This document shows positions 54,493 to 64,000 of a stretch of 64,000 bases of DNA, piece after piece. The stretch comes from Candidatus Micrarchaeota archaeon (lineage in GTDB: Archaea; Micrarchaeota; Micrarchaeia; Burarchaeales; JAKAKT01), in contig JAKAKT010000095.1 in NCBI GenBank assembly GCA_021813385.1, forward strand, positions 14,194-78,193, in the 5' to 3' direction. The translations under genes were made by a program, and so were the position numbers. Under the pieces are notes generated by a model. That model saw only the letters and a list, made by a program, of their open reading frames with translations. It did no database searches and was not told the origin of the DNA. Every line of letters starts with the position of its first letter. Within the stretch, counting starts at the first letter, position 1.

Positions 54493-55107
54493 ATGGGCAA
54501 GCGGGATGGCAAAATCATAGTTAGCGTCCACTGCGACACGGTCTGGAATGCCGCGAGCGTGAAGCTTGTACGGCGCAAGAAGAGGCGCTACTATTACGGG
54601 AATCTTGACAACATCGTCTGCGTCGCGGAAGTCCTGCGCTCGGTGATGCCACGGGTCCATGACAGGAGAATCAAGTTCTATTTCACCAACAAGGAAGAGA
54701 CAACAATGGAGGGGGCAGAGTGGGTGATGAGGCGCGAGGGGAGGGCGCTCTATATAGTAGTCGACATAACGGTCGCTGCGAGAAAATCCGACATGAACAT
54801 CGAGTGGCCCTACCATGTAGACAGGCCGACAGTAAAAAGAGTCTTTGGGAAGATTCCGAGGCTGAAAGTGAGCTTCAAGACGAGCCATGCAGACGAAACC
54901 ATGGTCTATGGGAAAAAGTTCCCGAGTTTCTCCCTCAATTTGCCTGTTGATGGGCACGTCCATGGAAGGTCCCAGGTCTCGTTCTGGAAAGCACGGAGGT
55001 TCGGGAGGGCTGTTGCTGAAGTCCTGAGGAGGGCGAGAAGGCACTACTCGGAGATTTGCATTTTCCCTCCTAAGAAGAGTGCCGGGCACACTAAAGTTCG
55101 AAGTTAG
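54493..55107 (+). CDS. Small zinc-peptidase-like protein (M20/M28/M42 superfamily-type metal-ligand pattern)
   Basis: VHCDTV (HxD), GNLDN (bridging Asp) and KEETT (Glu-Glu) occur in the expected order; only 204 aa; the antisense track ORF 54454..55152 looks spurious. Confidence 0.4.
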   Translation: MGKRDGKIIVSVHCDTVWNAASVKLVRRKKRRYYYGNLDNIVCVAEVLRSVMPRVHDRRIKFYFTNKEETTMEGAEWVMRREGRALYIVVDITVAARKSDMNIEWPYHVDRPTVKRVFGKIPRLKVSFKTSHADETMVYGKKFPSFSLNLPVDGHVHGRSQVSFWKARRFGRAVAEVLRRARRHYSEICIFPPKKSAGHTKVRS

Positions 55108-56519
55108 TATAGGTAGCCCCACGTATGGAGCATGTCGCTGTCCCTCGACCATCGCTCCCCTATGTCTGTCCTGTAGAACATGTTCGGGATGAGGATGTTC
55201 TCGATTCTCTTGTAAGCCTGCTTCTTCGCATCGTCGACAGTGAGCCCTGTCCCGGTGACTATTAAGGAATAGCCTGATTCTCCTGCAAGGCGCCAGTCAT
55301 CCTCGACGAGCTTCACGTCTCCTATGTGGATGCCGTCTGTAACCGGCTTCTTGAATATGATTGTCGCATCCTCGGAATATTTCCTGAAAGCGGACAGGTC
55401 TGTGAACGGGAAAGGCGGGACTGCGATGACGACCCCTACCTGGAACCCTTTCTTTGTCTTGAATTCAGTCTCCTCTCCCTTCGCAAGGGCCCTGAGGAAC
55501 TCGCCCCAGCTGCTGTTGACTCCCTCCATCTGGATGCTTATGGTCGGGTAGCCGAATCGCGAGGTGAACTCGAGAGGGTAGATGCCCTTTGCATTTGCGA
55601 TGCAGTTCAAATCGATGTAGCCGACATACCCGACCTCAGCTAGCGCGGGCTTCATCTTGAGCAGGGTTTCGTTGAAGAGCAGGTTCGGCGGAGACCAGAA
55701 CATCATCGTCCCCATTTCCCCTGTATTCGGGCCAATGTCGCCTGGGAACATCTTCTTGTATTCGAAATTCACGTTTATCGGGTAGATGAATTCCTTACCG
55801 TTGAAGAACGCACCCACGGCAATTTCTACGCCCTGGGCGAACTTCTGGAGCTGGAAGTCGTTGAGCTTCTTCGACCAGCTCTTCTTGTAATGCTGCAAGA
55901 CGTTGAGCAGGTCGTTGCCATCCTCTTCTTGAGCGATGAACGAAAGCTCCTTCTCGTTCTGCGCCTTTCCATTAGGCTTTATCACATATCTTCCGGGGTT
56001 CTTTCCCACGAACTCTATCGCAGCATCGAAATCTGTGAAGTTCCAGTGGGGCAGGACGTTCACTCCGACTTTCTTGAGCTCATTCTGGCCGAACTCGCGG
56101 TCGTCCTCAAGTTTGTCGGTGTATTCGGTCCCCCCAACGACGGCTTTCCCCTCTTTCCTTAGGTCATCGGCAATTTTCCCGAATCCCACATCATCAAACA
56201 CTATCACATCTGCCCAGTCCTTCAGGGCTTTCCAATCGTCGCATTTTTCCACGAACCCGTCAGCAACGTCCTTTTCGCTCTTTGAGTGGATGTAATACTT
56301 GACATCGTGGCCCTCTTTCTTCACCTGCAAGGCGAGGTCTCCTATCAGGCCCTCGAATGAAACGAACAGGAATTTGAACTGCCTCTCCGTGGTTTTCTCG
56401 TCCTTCTTCTCTTTTTTTGGCTCCTCTCTCTTCTCCACTATCTTTTCCTTTATCTCGTCCCTGACTTCTTCTTTCACAACTTCTTTTACTCCATTTCCGT
56501 TGCCATTGCCTGAAACCAT
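55104..56519 (-). CDS. ATP-grasp domain protein (PurD/GARS-like C-terminal motifs) with a Lys/Glu-rich N-terminal extension
   Basis: ...GEMGTMMFWSPP...VGYVGYIDLNCIANAKGIYPLEFTSRFGYPT resembles the PurD ATP-grasp core (...LEFNxRFGDPE). Confidence 0.5.
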   Translation of the reverse strand: MVSGNGNGNGVKEVVKEEVRDEIKEKIVEKREEPKKEKKDEKTTERQFKFLFVSFEGLIGDLALQVKKEGHDVKYYIHSKSEKDVADGFVEKCDDWKALKDWADVIVFDDVGFGKIADDLRKEGKAVVGGTEYTDKLEDDREFGQNELKKVGVNVLPHWNFTDFDAAIEFVGKNPGRYVIKPNGKAQNEKELSFIAQEEDGNDLLNVLQHYKKSWSKKLNDFQLQKFAQGVEIAVGAFFNGKEFIYPINVNFEYKKMFPGDIGPNTGEMGTMMFWSPPNLLFNETLLKMKPALAEVGYVGYIDLNCIANAKGIYPLEFTSRFGYPTISIQMEGVNSSWGEFLRALAKGEETEFKTKKGFQVGVVIAVPPFPFTDLSAFRKYSEDATIIFKKPVTDGIHIGDVKLVEDDWRLAGESGYSLIVTGTGLTVDDAKKQAYKRIENILIPNMFYRTDIGERWSRDSDMLHTWGYLY

Positions 56520-56651
56520 GTTTACATTTCAGATTCTCGGGGTTCATAAGCTTTTCGACAAAAAAAATTTTCGAAAGGCTGGGTGATTAACATTTTAACT
56601 TTTCCAATGAAAATGGGATTCACTCGAGTGCGGGTGGTACGTATGGATTAT

Positions 56652-57938
56652 ATGGAAAAGCAAGGATGGCTCGTTGTCTTCGGCGGAGTCCTCATCTTCC
56701 TGATGCTCGGCATAACTTATACGTGGAGTGTTTTCTCTGGGCCGCTTGTTGAGAAATATGGCTGGTCGCAGACCGAAGTGCAGCTCGCATTTTCATTCAT
56801 GCTTGCGATGTTTGCCTTGTCCATGATTCCAGCCGGGATGATTCAGGACAGGAAAGGCCCGAGAATCGTGGCATTGATTGGGGGAATTTTGCTCGGGGTC
56901 GGATTCATCGCAACCAGCATGTTCGCAAACTCGCCGCTCATGCTTTACATCACCTACGGAATCCTTTGCGGATGCGGTGTCGGATTTGCCTACGTGACCC
57001 CGATTGCCGCTGGAGTGAAATGGTTCGGGAACAGGAAGGGGCTTGTGAGCGGCATCATCGTGTTCGGATTCGGGTTCGGCTCCCTGATTTTCGCTCCCGT
57101 AGCCCAGAAGCTCATTGAGATGCAGGGGATAACCCAGACGTTCCTGATTCTCGGGATTGTGCTCGGGGCAGTAGTTTGCCTTGGTGCGATGCTTCTCAAG
57201 AACCCGCCGTTAAAGCCAGCGAATGCCTCTTCTGTTTCGTGTGAAGTGGGTCCCCGGCAGATGCTTTCAAACACTCGCTTCTGGACATTGTGGATTATGT
57301 TCGCGTTCTCAGCTGCAGCTGGCCTAATGGTCATAGGGAACCTCGCGACATTCGCGAAGCTCTCTTTCACTACGGTCCATGGGATGGACAAGGCTGCTGC
57401 TGCATCTCTCGCGGCATTGGCAGTGGGCGCGCTCGCAATATTCAACGGTGCAGGAAGGATACTCGCAGGCTGGCTTTCTGACAGGATTGGAAGGCAGAAA
57501 ACGATGCTCACGATGTTCGGGCTGCAGGCAATTCTGCTCTGGACCGTTCTTTTCTCAAGCGGGCTGTCGCCCTGGGCGTTGTTCGCCTCGATGGCGCTCA
57601 TCGGGCTCTGTTTCGGGGCTAATTTCTCGTTATTTCCATCAGCCACCGCAGATTTCTTCGGGACCAAGAACATGGGGGTGAATTACGGGCTTGTTTTCAC
57701 TGCCTATGGCTTCGGGGGGATTCTTGGCCCCCAGGTGATGGCGTATATGCTTGATGCAGCGAAGGCATCGAAAGGCTCCCTTGCGGTTGGGGATTATGCG
57801 ACGCCGTTCCTCTTGGTCGGCGGGCTTGTCGCAATCTCGGCAATCGTTTCGCTGTTCACAGGACCGTGCGAGACTGCAGTGACGAAACCAGAAGCAGTGG
57901 CTCGGGCAAAGACTGCTGGGAGCGGGAAAACGAGATGA
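56652..57938 (+). CDS. MFS transporter, oxalate/formate antiporter (OFA) family-like
   Basis: 12 TM; MEKQGWLVVFGGVLIFLMLGITYTWSVF...; the MFS loop motif is GMIQDRKGPR. Confidence 0.75.
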   Translation: MEKQGWLVVFGGVLIFLMLGITYTWSVFSGPLVEKYGWSQTEVQLAFSFMLAMFALSMIPAGMIQDRKGPRIVALIGGILLGVGFIATSMFANSPLMLYITYGILCGCGVGFAYVTPIAAGVKWFGNRKGLVSGIIVFGFGFGSLIFAPVAQKLIEMQGITQTFLILGIVLGAVVCLGAMLLKNPPLKPANASSVSCEVGPRQMLSNTRFWTLWIMFAFSAAAGLMVIGNLATFAKLSFTTVHGMDKAAAASLAALAVGALAIFNGAGRILAGWLSDRIGRQKTMLTMFGLQAILLWTVLFSSGLSPWALFASMALIGLCFGANFSLFPSATADFFGTKNMGVNYGLVFTAYGFGGILGPQVMAYMLDAAKASKGSLAVGDYATPFLLVGGLVAISAIVSLFTGPCETAVTKPEAVARAKTAGSGKTR

Positions 57939-57986
57939 TACCTGCTGTTTTTTTATTCCCGCATGAGCAAATAGATTGGGGTTTTT

Positions 57987-58691
57987 GTGGTTGAAATCGC
58001 GCTCATAGCTGCATTCACGGCAGGCCTGGCCTCGGTGCTCTCGCCGTGCTTCCTTCCGCTCATACCAGCTTTCGTCTCATATCTCGGGGGGGTGGGGCTG
58101 GGAGGCAAAGCATATTCGCGCGAGAAGACGATGCTCAACACAGGCTTCTTCGCCCTCGGGTTCATCCTGGTTTTCTCAATCGTTGGGATTGCGCTCAACA
58201 GCGCGCTCTCAAGCGTTTCAGCGCAATTGATGGACGCGGTGAGCAAGTTCGCCGGGCTGGCCATAATTCTCTTCGGGCTCTCGGTACTCGGCTTCGTGAA
58301 GCTCGGTTTCCTAGAGAAGGAGAGGAAGCTCGCGCCAAAAAAAACTCGTTATGCCTATCTCACTTCATTCATATTCGGGGCCGCGTTCGCTGTCAGCTGG
58401 AGCCCTTGCGTGGGAGTCCTGCTGGGTGCGATACTCTTCCTGGCCACGACCCAGCCCGGGAGCGCATTTGTTTTGCTTTTCCTCTACTCGCTCGGGCTCG
58501 CGGTCCCTTTCCTTCTAGTCGGCTGGTTCACTGCTGAAGCGAGCGACTTCATAAGGAGGCACGCGAAGACGTTCGGGTATTTCAACAAGTTTATGGGGGT
58601 TCTCCTGGTGGCAATCGGGCTCCTCGTCCTGACCGGGAATTTCTCGCAGCTCTCCTCGCTCTCATTGACGAAATGCATCGGAATTAGGTAG
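57987..58691 (+). CDS. ccdA: Cytochrome c-type biogenesis / thiol-disulfide transmembrane electron transfer protein CcdA (DsbD core)
   Basis: Conserved Cys in LSPCFLPLIP and WSPCVG; 6 TM. Confidence 0.75.
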   Translation: MVEIALIAAFTAGLASVLSPCFLPLIPAFVSYLGGVGLGGKAYSREKTMLNTGFFALGFILVFSIVGIALNSALSSVSAQLMDAVSKFAGLAIILFGLSVLGFVKLGFLEKERKLAPKKTRYAYLTSFIFGAAFAVSWSPCVGVLLGAILFLATTQPGSAFVLLFLYSLGLAVPFLLVGWFTAEASDFIRRHAKTFGYFNKFMGVLLVAIGLLVLTGNFSQLSSLSLTKCIGIR

Positions 58692-58725
58692 CATGCGCTA
58701 AGGAAAAGAAAAAATTAGAATTGGT

Positions 58726-58989
58726 TTAGCCTTCTGTCTTCTTGACGAAATAGCCTGCTGATTTTTCTCGGGCCTTCCTCACGACGACGCCCTTGTTCAC
58801 GAGCGTGATGAGGGTATTTGCAATCTGCCCTTTCGGCATCTTTGACTTTTTCATCACGTCATCCGCTGTTTTCATCTTTGACTCGTCAGTTGCGCCGAGC
58901 TCCTGAAGGGCCCGAACGACGTTCTGCTCAAGTGGAGTGAGATCAACCATACTATCACCGTTCTCCTCCCAGGAATGTCCCGGGTACAA
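58726..58989 (-). CDS. Small winged-helix DNA-binding protein
   Basis: LTPLEQNVVRALQELGATDESKMKTADDV...TLITLVNKGVVVRK is HTH-like; the start may be MVDL at about 58950. Confidence 0.45.
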   Translation of the reverse strand: MYPGHSWEENGDSMVDLTPLEQNVVRALQELGATDESKMKTADDVMKKSKMPKGQIANTLITLVNKGVVVRKAREKSAGYFVKKTEG

Positions 58990-59042
58990 ATTGGTTTTGT
59001 CGAAAACATTTAAGAATTATTCGCACCGTTAAAGGCTGCTCT

Positions 59043-61631
59043 TCAGGGGCTCACTGGGCCGTCATAGTTCTTCCTTTGCCTGCTGTGGATGAACTTGAGG
59101 GCCTCGAACCAGATTATCCCGAGGACTCCTGCCGACAAGCAGAGCAGGATGTCGTCTAGGTGAAGGGGCGCGAAGTGGAACAGGCCACGGAGGAACGGCG
59201 TGTAAAGAACTAGCCCGAGGAGCGCGATTGTCCCGCCGAGCACCCAGAAGAGCGCTGAATTCCCGGAGCGCAGGGCGCCGAACAACGTGCTCGACCAGGA
59301 GAGGTTCGTGAGTATCAGGCTCAGGTTAGCAATAACGAGGGTCGTGAAGGCGATTGTTATTGCCTCTGGGGCAGTTTCTGCGAAAGTCCCTTTTGAGAGG
59401 AAAATCCTGTAAATCGCGAGCACTATGATAAGCACGCTTGCCCCCTGCAGCAGGCTCAGCCCGACTGCCCTCCGGTCGAAAAGCGGCTTCTTTGGGTTCC
59501 TCGGCTTGCGCTTCATCACATCCGCCTCCTCCCGTTCAGCCTCGAAAACAATTGAGCAGGCGGGATCGATGATGAGCTCGAGAAAAACCACGTGGACTGG
59601 GAGGAGCATCGCAGGCCATCCGAGGACCACCGGGATGAGCGAGAGGCCGGCTATGGGCACGTGAATTGCGAAAATGTAGGCCATCGCCTTTTTTATGTTG
59701 TCAAGAAGCCTCCTCCCCATCCTCACTGCACCGACTATTGAGGAAAAATCATCGTCTAGAATGACGAGGGCCGAACATTCTCTCGCCACATCGGTCCCTC
59801 TCTTCCCCATTGCCACCCCTATGTGCGCTGACTTCAGGGCGGGCGCGTCGTTAACTCCATCCCCAGTCATCGCGACTATTTCTCCGTTCGCCTTGAGCGC
59901 ATTCACTATGCGGAGCTTCTGCTCTGGGACTGCCCTGGCAAATATGCTCGTTCGTGTTATCTTCTCCCGCAATTCGTCATCGCTCATTTTTTCGAGCTCT
60001 TGCCCTGTTATCGACTCCCCTGGGTTTGCCAGGCCAATCTGCCTCGCGATGTTGCTCGCTGTCACTGGGTAATCGCCGGTTATCATTATGATTCGCATCC
60101 CTGCGGAATAGCAATCCCTAACTGATTCCGGGACCCCCGGCCTGACCGGGTCCGAGAATCCTATGAGCCCGAGAAAAGTGAATTCGAAATCGTGCTGCTC
60201 TTTCGGGAGCCTCTTCGACTTGAAATGGGCTTTCGCAACCCCGAGAACGCGCAAGCCTTCTGAAGCGAGCTCGGTCACGCTTTTCGCAAGCTTCTCGTTC
60301 TCCTTTTTCCCGAAATGGCAGAGGTCCGCAACGGCCTCCGGGGCGCCCTTGACCGCGATAACATAATCCTCGCCATCCGGGGACTTCCAGACGTGGGACA
60401 TCGCCAGGAGCTTTTCTGAAAGCGGATACTCCCGCACGAGAGTCCAGTCGTTGTGGATGTGCTCGGACTTGAAAGGCGCTGTGTCGCCCAGGTTCCTGAC
60501 TGCCCGTTCCATCGGGTCGAACGGGTCCTTCTGGCTTGCGAGAATGCCGAACTCAAGAAGCTCGTGGAATTTCTCCGGGAGCGACCCCTCCTCCTGCGAC
60601 CAGGACTCCCCGTTCGCATAAAGCCTTGCCACTGACATCTGGTTCATCGTGAGCGTCCCTGTCTTGTCCACGCAAAGGACTGTCGCAGAGCCCAAGGTTT
60701 CGAGAGCCGGCACCCTGCTCGCGAGAACGTTCTTCTTCGACATCCTCCAGGCCCCAAGGGCGAGGAACACCGTGAGCACGACCGGGAACTCTTCTGGCAG
60801 AATCGCCATCGCAGTCGTTATTCCGGCTAGCAGGCCCTCGAGCCATTTTTTCTGGTCAAGCCAGTTTCCCTGGATTGCACCATAGGAAAGCACGACCATC
60901 GCGCATAGTATTAGCCCGGCTATTGCGAAATTCCGGACAATCACGGCAGTCTCTTTCTGGAGCAGCGTCTTCTCGGTCTCAATTGTCTTGAGTGCCCTGC
61001 CGATTTTCCCTAACTCCGTATTGTACCCTATTGACTCGACTCTCGCAACTCCTCTTCCCTTAACCACAAGGGTTCCCGAATAGATTGATGGGAGGTCGTC
61101 GCCTCCTGGGGGGGACATTTTCGCTGTTCCATCCCAGTTCTTTTTCCTCACCGGGACCGATTCGCCAGTAAGAAGGGACTCGTCAACTGAAAGGTGCGAG
61201 CAATGAATGAGGATTGCGTCTGCTGGGACCCTGTCGCCTTCTGCTAGCATCAGTATGTCCCCGCGCACCACTTCTCTCCCTGGGATTCTCCTCTGCTCGC
61301 CATCCCGTATCACTAGGGCCCGCGGGCTCGACAGGTCCCTGAGGGCCTCGAGCGCCCGTTCTGTCTTCCTCTCCTGGTAGAATGTTATGCCGATGACCAC
61401 GAACACGAAGAAAAACAGGAGCATTGCATCCTTCGGCTCCCCAATCAAAAGATAGATTAGCCCTCCTGCAATCAAAAGGAGAAACATCGGTTCCTTTATG
61501 ACTTCGATGGCTATGTGAAGCGCGCCCCTAGGCTTGGAGGAAGGAAGCTCGTTAGGGCCTTCTTTTTTCAAAATCCCGGCTGCTTCGGCTTCGGAAAGGC
61601 CCTTGATTTTTGATAAGTCGAAGTCTGGCAT
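59043..61631 (-). CDS. Cation-transporting P-type ATPase (type II, Ca2+/Mg2+-like)
   Basis: DKTGTLT phosphorylation motif, TGDGVNDAPALK and 10 TM; 862 aa. Confidence 0.85.
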   Translation of the reverse strand: MPDFDLSKIKGLSEAEAAGILKKEGPNELPSSKPRGALHIAIEVIKEPMFLLLIAGGLIYLLIGEPKDAMLLFFFVFVVIGITFYQERKTERALEALRDLSSPRALVIRDGEQRRIPGREVVRGDILMLAEGDRVPADAILIHCSHLSVDESLLTGESVPVRKKNWDGTAKMSPPGGDDLPSIYSGTLVVKGRGVARVESIGYNTELGKIGRALKTIETEKTLLQKETAVIVRNFAIAGLILCAMVVLSYGAIQGNWLDQKKWLEGLLAGITTAMAILPEEFPVVLTVFLALGAWRMSKKNVLASRVPALETLGSATVLCVDKTGTLTMNQMSVARLYANGESWSQEEGSLPEKFHELLEFGILASQKDPFDPMERAVRNLGDTAPFKSEHIHNDWTLVREYPLSEKLLAMSHVWKSPDGEDYVIAVKGAPEAVADLCHFGKKENEKLAKSVTELASEGLRVLGVAKAHFKSKRLPKEQHDFEFTFLGLIGFSDPVRPGVPESVRDCYSAGMRIIMITGDYPVTASNIARQIGLANPGESITGQELEKMSDDELREKITRTSIFARAVPEQKLRIVNALKANGEIVAMTGDGVNDAPALKSAHIGVAMGKRGTDVARECSALVILDDDFSSIVGAVRMGRRLLDNIKKAMAYIFAIHVPIAGLSLIPVVLGWPAMLLPVHVVFLELIIDPACSIVFEAEREEADVMKRKPRNPKKPLFDRRAVGLSLLQGASVLIIVLAIYRIFLSKGTFAETAPEAITIAFTTLVIANLSLILTNLSWSSTLFGALRSGNSALFWVLGGTIALLGLVLYTPFLRGLFHFAPLHLDDILLCLSAGVLGIIWFEALKFIHSRQRKNYDGPVSP

Positions 61632-61890
61632 TCACTTCGATATCGTCGGTTAAGCTTAAAGGCATTACTAATCGATGCTCTCGATTTACTCGTTGCCTCC
61701 CCGCAGTCGGCTTGCTTGTTGCCATCGGACGATGTGGGGCGAGAAGCTGCATAGAACCTGTTTTTGCATATAGTAGATGGTTTCACATGGCCCTGGCAAA
61801 TGTCTGATGCAATATTTGCCATGAAAAAATATAACGCATCTCCCCCTCCGGCTCCTGAAAGGCAGTCCTGCAATGACTCCGCAGTTCTCT

Positions 61891-63345
61891 CTATTTGAAC
61901 ATACCTGCGAAAAACAGCGGCCGGCGCATATCATCTAGCATGCCCGGCTGGGTGAAGATAATCTTGTTTTTGCCACTGAAACCCTTGAACTGCTCACGTC
62001 CCTTGTTGCGCCCTCCGATTTCACAGATCATGTCACCTACAAGATAATCCGGCGTTTTTTCCCCGCGTGTCCCCTTGAGGTAGCCCAATCCGAAATTGAG
62101 GCGCGAGATGGCATCCACGAAGAAGTCCTCGCGCAGATCTCCGATGCAGTCATCATACTGCTTGTAGAGCAACCGGTAGGGTGGCGTGAACAGGATTTTG
62201 GGCTCATTGGTGAGATTAGTGCCTTTTGGAAGCACGCGCCGAAGCACAAATGCCCTCTCCAACAGTTCGACATATTTCTGGACTTTTACTTTGGCAATGC
62301 CTAGCTTCTGCGAAATGCTGGAATAGCTGATGCCTTCTGAGGGTGAACGGCCAATCGACAATAGCATGTTGCGCACATCAAAGGATTCTGCCAATGTAAT
62401 GCGGGAAATCCGAACCATATCTCGCTCGATGATGGCATCCAGCGTGTTCTGAAATTGGGAGAGGGTATCCTGGTGGTGGAGAGTGAATGGATAATTCCCT
62501 CCAGTAAGATACTGTTCAAAAAGAGGCTCAAACTGCATGTTCCGTCCATAATACGCCTTGCAGCGCTTCGCATTTGTTAGATCGGTGAATGGTATTGGAG
62601 CGACATTTTCACCTTTTACGAAAAAAATAAACTCTCGAAACGAGAAGGAGGGGACTGGTACTAACCTCACGCGGCGCGAGAGGTCATAGGTGGCTTCATG
62701 CAGGGATATTGAGGAAGAGCTGGTGAATATCACCTGTAGGCGCGGCAGGAAATCGTAGATTTTTTTGAGTTCACGAGAATAGTTGGGATATGCGTGGATT
62801 TCATCGAGAAGAAGCAGGCGGATGCCGCTTTCCATCAACTCTTTTGACACGTTGAAAAGATTGATCGCGCCAATCGAATCAATAGAGATGTAAAAAGAGG
62901 CTTCGGCTTGATTGTGGATTTGCTTCAGGAGCGTGCTTTTTCCCGCCCCTCTTGGGCCCACAAGGGCAATGAAGATGCGTTCGCCCAAGTGGCGCTTAAT
63001 TTCGGCATACATGAAACGCTTCTTTGGATAGTCAGCCCCCTCTTCTTTAGCCTGTGCGCTAAGCTCGCTCAAGCCCTCGCTCGAAGTTTCACGCCTTACT
63101 GCAAGCACCCCTAGGCGAGCGGGTGGCGGGAAGCTAGCATAGACGACTCGCTGTGGATCCACGCCCGCAGGCAGAATTGGCTTCTCGTATGCTTCGTTGT
63201 GGCTAGGCGGCTTGGCTGATTTTTTAGAAGGCATGCAACTCTTTACTATGCTAATCTTTATAAACATATCATTTTGTCTAAATTCTGTACAAAATGATGG
63301 GCATTTTAGATTGCCACACGGACGAAATGACATGTGAACTGCCAC
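61891..63345 (-). CDS. AAA-superfamily ATPase (AAA_14/DUF4143-type 'archaeal ATPase')
   Basis: Walker A (VGPRGAGKSTLL), Walker B (LLLDEIH) and a C-terminal winged-helix-like region. Confidence 0.6.
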   Translation of the reverse strand: MAVHMSFRPCGNLKCPSFCTEFRQNDMFIKISIVKSCMPSKKSAKPPSHNEAYEKPILPAGVDPQRVVYASFPPPARLGVLAVRRETSSEGLSELSAQAKEEGADYPKKRFMYAEIKRHLGERIFIALVGPRGAGKSTLLKQIHNQAEASFYISIDSIGAINLFNVSKELMESGIRLLLLDEIHAYPNYSRELKKIYDFLPRLQVIFTSSSSISLHEATYDLSRRVRLVPVPSFSFREFIFFVKGENVAPIPFTDLTNAKRCKAYYGRNMQFEPLFEQYLTGGNYPFTLHHQDTLSQFQNTLDAIIERDMVRISRITLAESFDVRNMLLSIGRSPSEGISYSSISQKLGIAKVKVQKYVELLERAFVLRRVLPKGTNLTNEPKILFTPPYRLLYKQYDDCIGDLREDFFVDAISRLNFGLGYLKGTRGEKTPDYLVGDMICEIGGRNKGREQFKGFSGKNKIIFTQPGMLDDMRRPLFFAGMFK

Positions 63346-63453
63346 CCGACAAAACAGCAGGGAGCCCGCTGCCCCCTAAGACCTCCGCACTAAAAAGAGC
63401 TGTCACTTTATATCGCCTATATTTAGCCCGACTAGGGATTGCATTGAAAGTTT

Positions 63454-64000
63454 TCACTCTTTTTTGCCTGAGAACTTGCCCCTTTTCCAATCCAGGGCCG
63501 CTTTCGCTTCTTTTTTGGTCAAAACCATGCCTTTTTCTATCAATGCAAATGGTTTACTGGCATCAGCCCGTTCAATGTACTCCTGGATTCTGTTGGTGTT
63601 TTGGTATTGGGAGAGCCGTCCCATCGAATACGCCCCGACCCCAAACCCAATAAGAGGAATCTGGTCACTCCACCTGTCGACGTACACTTGTGGCTCGCGT
63701 GGGAGTTGTCTTGGGAGAAAATCCTCATTCATGAACCAGCCCGCGGGGCCTTCGGAATAGCCGTTCTTCCCTAAGATTTCCTTAGTCTTTGCCTCCATTT
63801 CTGCTACGAGAGCCTCGTCTGGAAATTCTTTTTGGTTGTTTTCATACTGCTTCCTGAGCAGCGTATTGCCCTCCCTGTTCCCGAGCCTTACACGGTAAGC
63901 TGTAATCCCAGTGGGGCAAAGCGCAACTGCCTGCTCGAGCGTTTTCATCCAACTCTTAATGTCCTGCTTCGGATAAGCGTAGATTAGGTCGATATTGAAC
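63454..64000 (-). CDS. HemN/HemW-like radical SAM family protein, C-terminal portion (gene continues beyond the window end)
   Basis: The frame stays open upstream of Met 63948 to the window edge (...NIDLIYAYPKQDIKSW...), matching the HemN-family SxDLIYGLPxQT and C-terminal HemN_C-like region. Confidence 0.55.
   Translation of the reverse strand, partial: FNIDLIYAYPKQDIKSWMKTLEQAVALCPTGITAYRVRLGNREGNTLLRKQYENNQKEFPDEALVAEMEAKTKEILGKNGYSEGPAGWFMNEDFLPRQLPREPQVYVDRWSDQIPLIGFGVGAYSMGRLSQYQNTNRIQEYIERADASKPFALIEKGMVLTKKEAKAALDWKRGKFSGKKE

Noticed and set aside
1-64000. Check for CRISPR arrays, rRNA genes and integrase or transposase genes.
   Set aside because: No regularly spaced short direct repeats with unique spacers, no rRNA-like conserved stretches, and no ORF with recombinase or transposase motifs were seen. 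The only mobile-like DNA is the pair of 139-nt MITE-like repeats.

Overview
This 64 kb window looks like a gene-dense archaeal chromosome segment of roughly 55-60% GC, with genes on both strands and many 1-10 nt start/stop overlaps. Archaeal hallmarks include RpoK, diphthine synthase, a ferredoxin-coupled geranylgeranyl reductase, a DUF63 membrane protein, an Nre-family repair protein with a C-terminal PIP-like box, and TATA-like boxes about 20-30 bp upstream of start codons. Core content: a complete six-gene Ech-type group 4 [NiFe] hydrogenase operon (echABCDEF, 32.7-37.8 kb, minus strand), plus the 3' end of a second complex-I-like or Mbh-like module (NuoH-like, NuoI-like ferredoxin) followed by hypA at the window start. 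Also present are uvrB-uvrC-uvrA, a chemotaxis cluster (multi-PAS protein, CheY, HPt-domain protein, CheB), an FTR1 iron permease divergent from a DtxR-family regulator, and MscL, a P-type ATPase, an OFA-family MFS transporter and CcdA. Envelope genes include two GT2 glycosyltransferases and an NHL-repeat surface protein. Accessory and unusual content: a RelE/ParE toxin-antitoxin pair; tandem degenerate copies of the hypA 3' end; a triplicated 5' start region of the Nre gene; an operon with a bona fide receiver-domain protein; a low-GC two-gene island (24.0-28.1 kb) encoding a large membrane-anchored protein and a Cys-rich internally duplicated protein, next to a repeat-rich GC-rich noncoding region; a bacterial-type VOC/DUF1801/DUF1697 trio; a palindrome-dense GC-rich intergenic element (about 31.96-32.21 kb); a solitary BglII-family restriction-endonuclease homolog just downstream of ech; and two about 85%-identical copies of a 139-nt structured repeat with terminal inverted repeats and 9-10 bp flanking direct repeats, bracketing the cheB-HPt operon. 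I found no rRNA, no CRISPR array and no convincing canonical tRNA. Many start codons are uncertain because the ORF track allows non-ATG starts and over-extends several N-termini.
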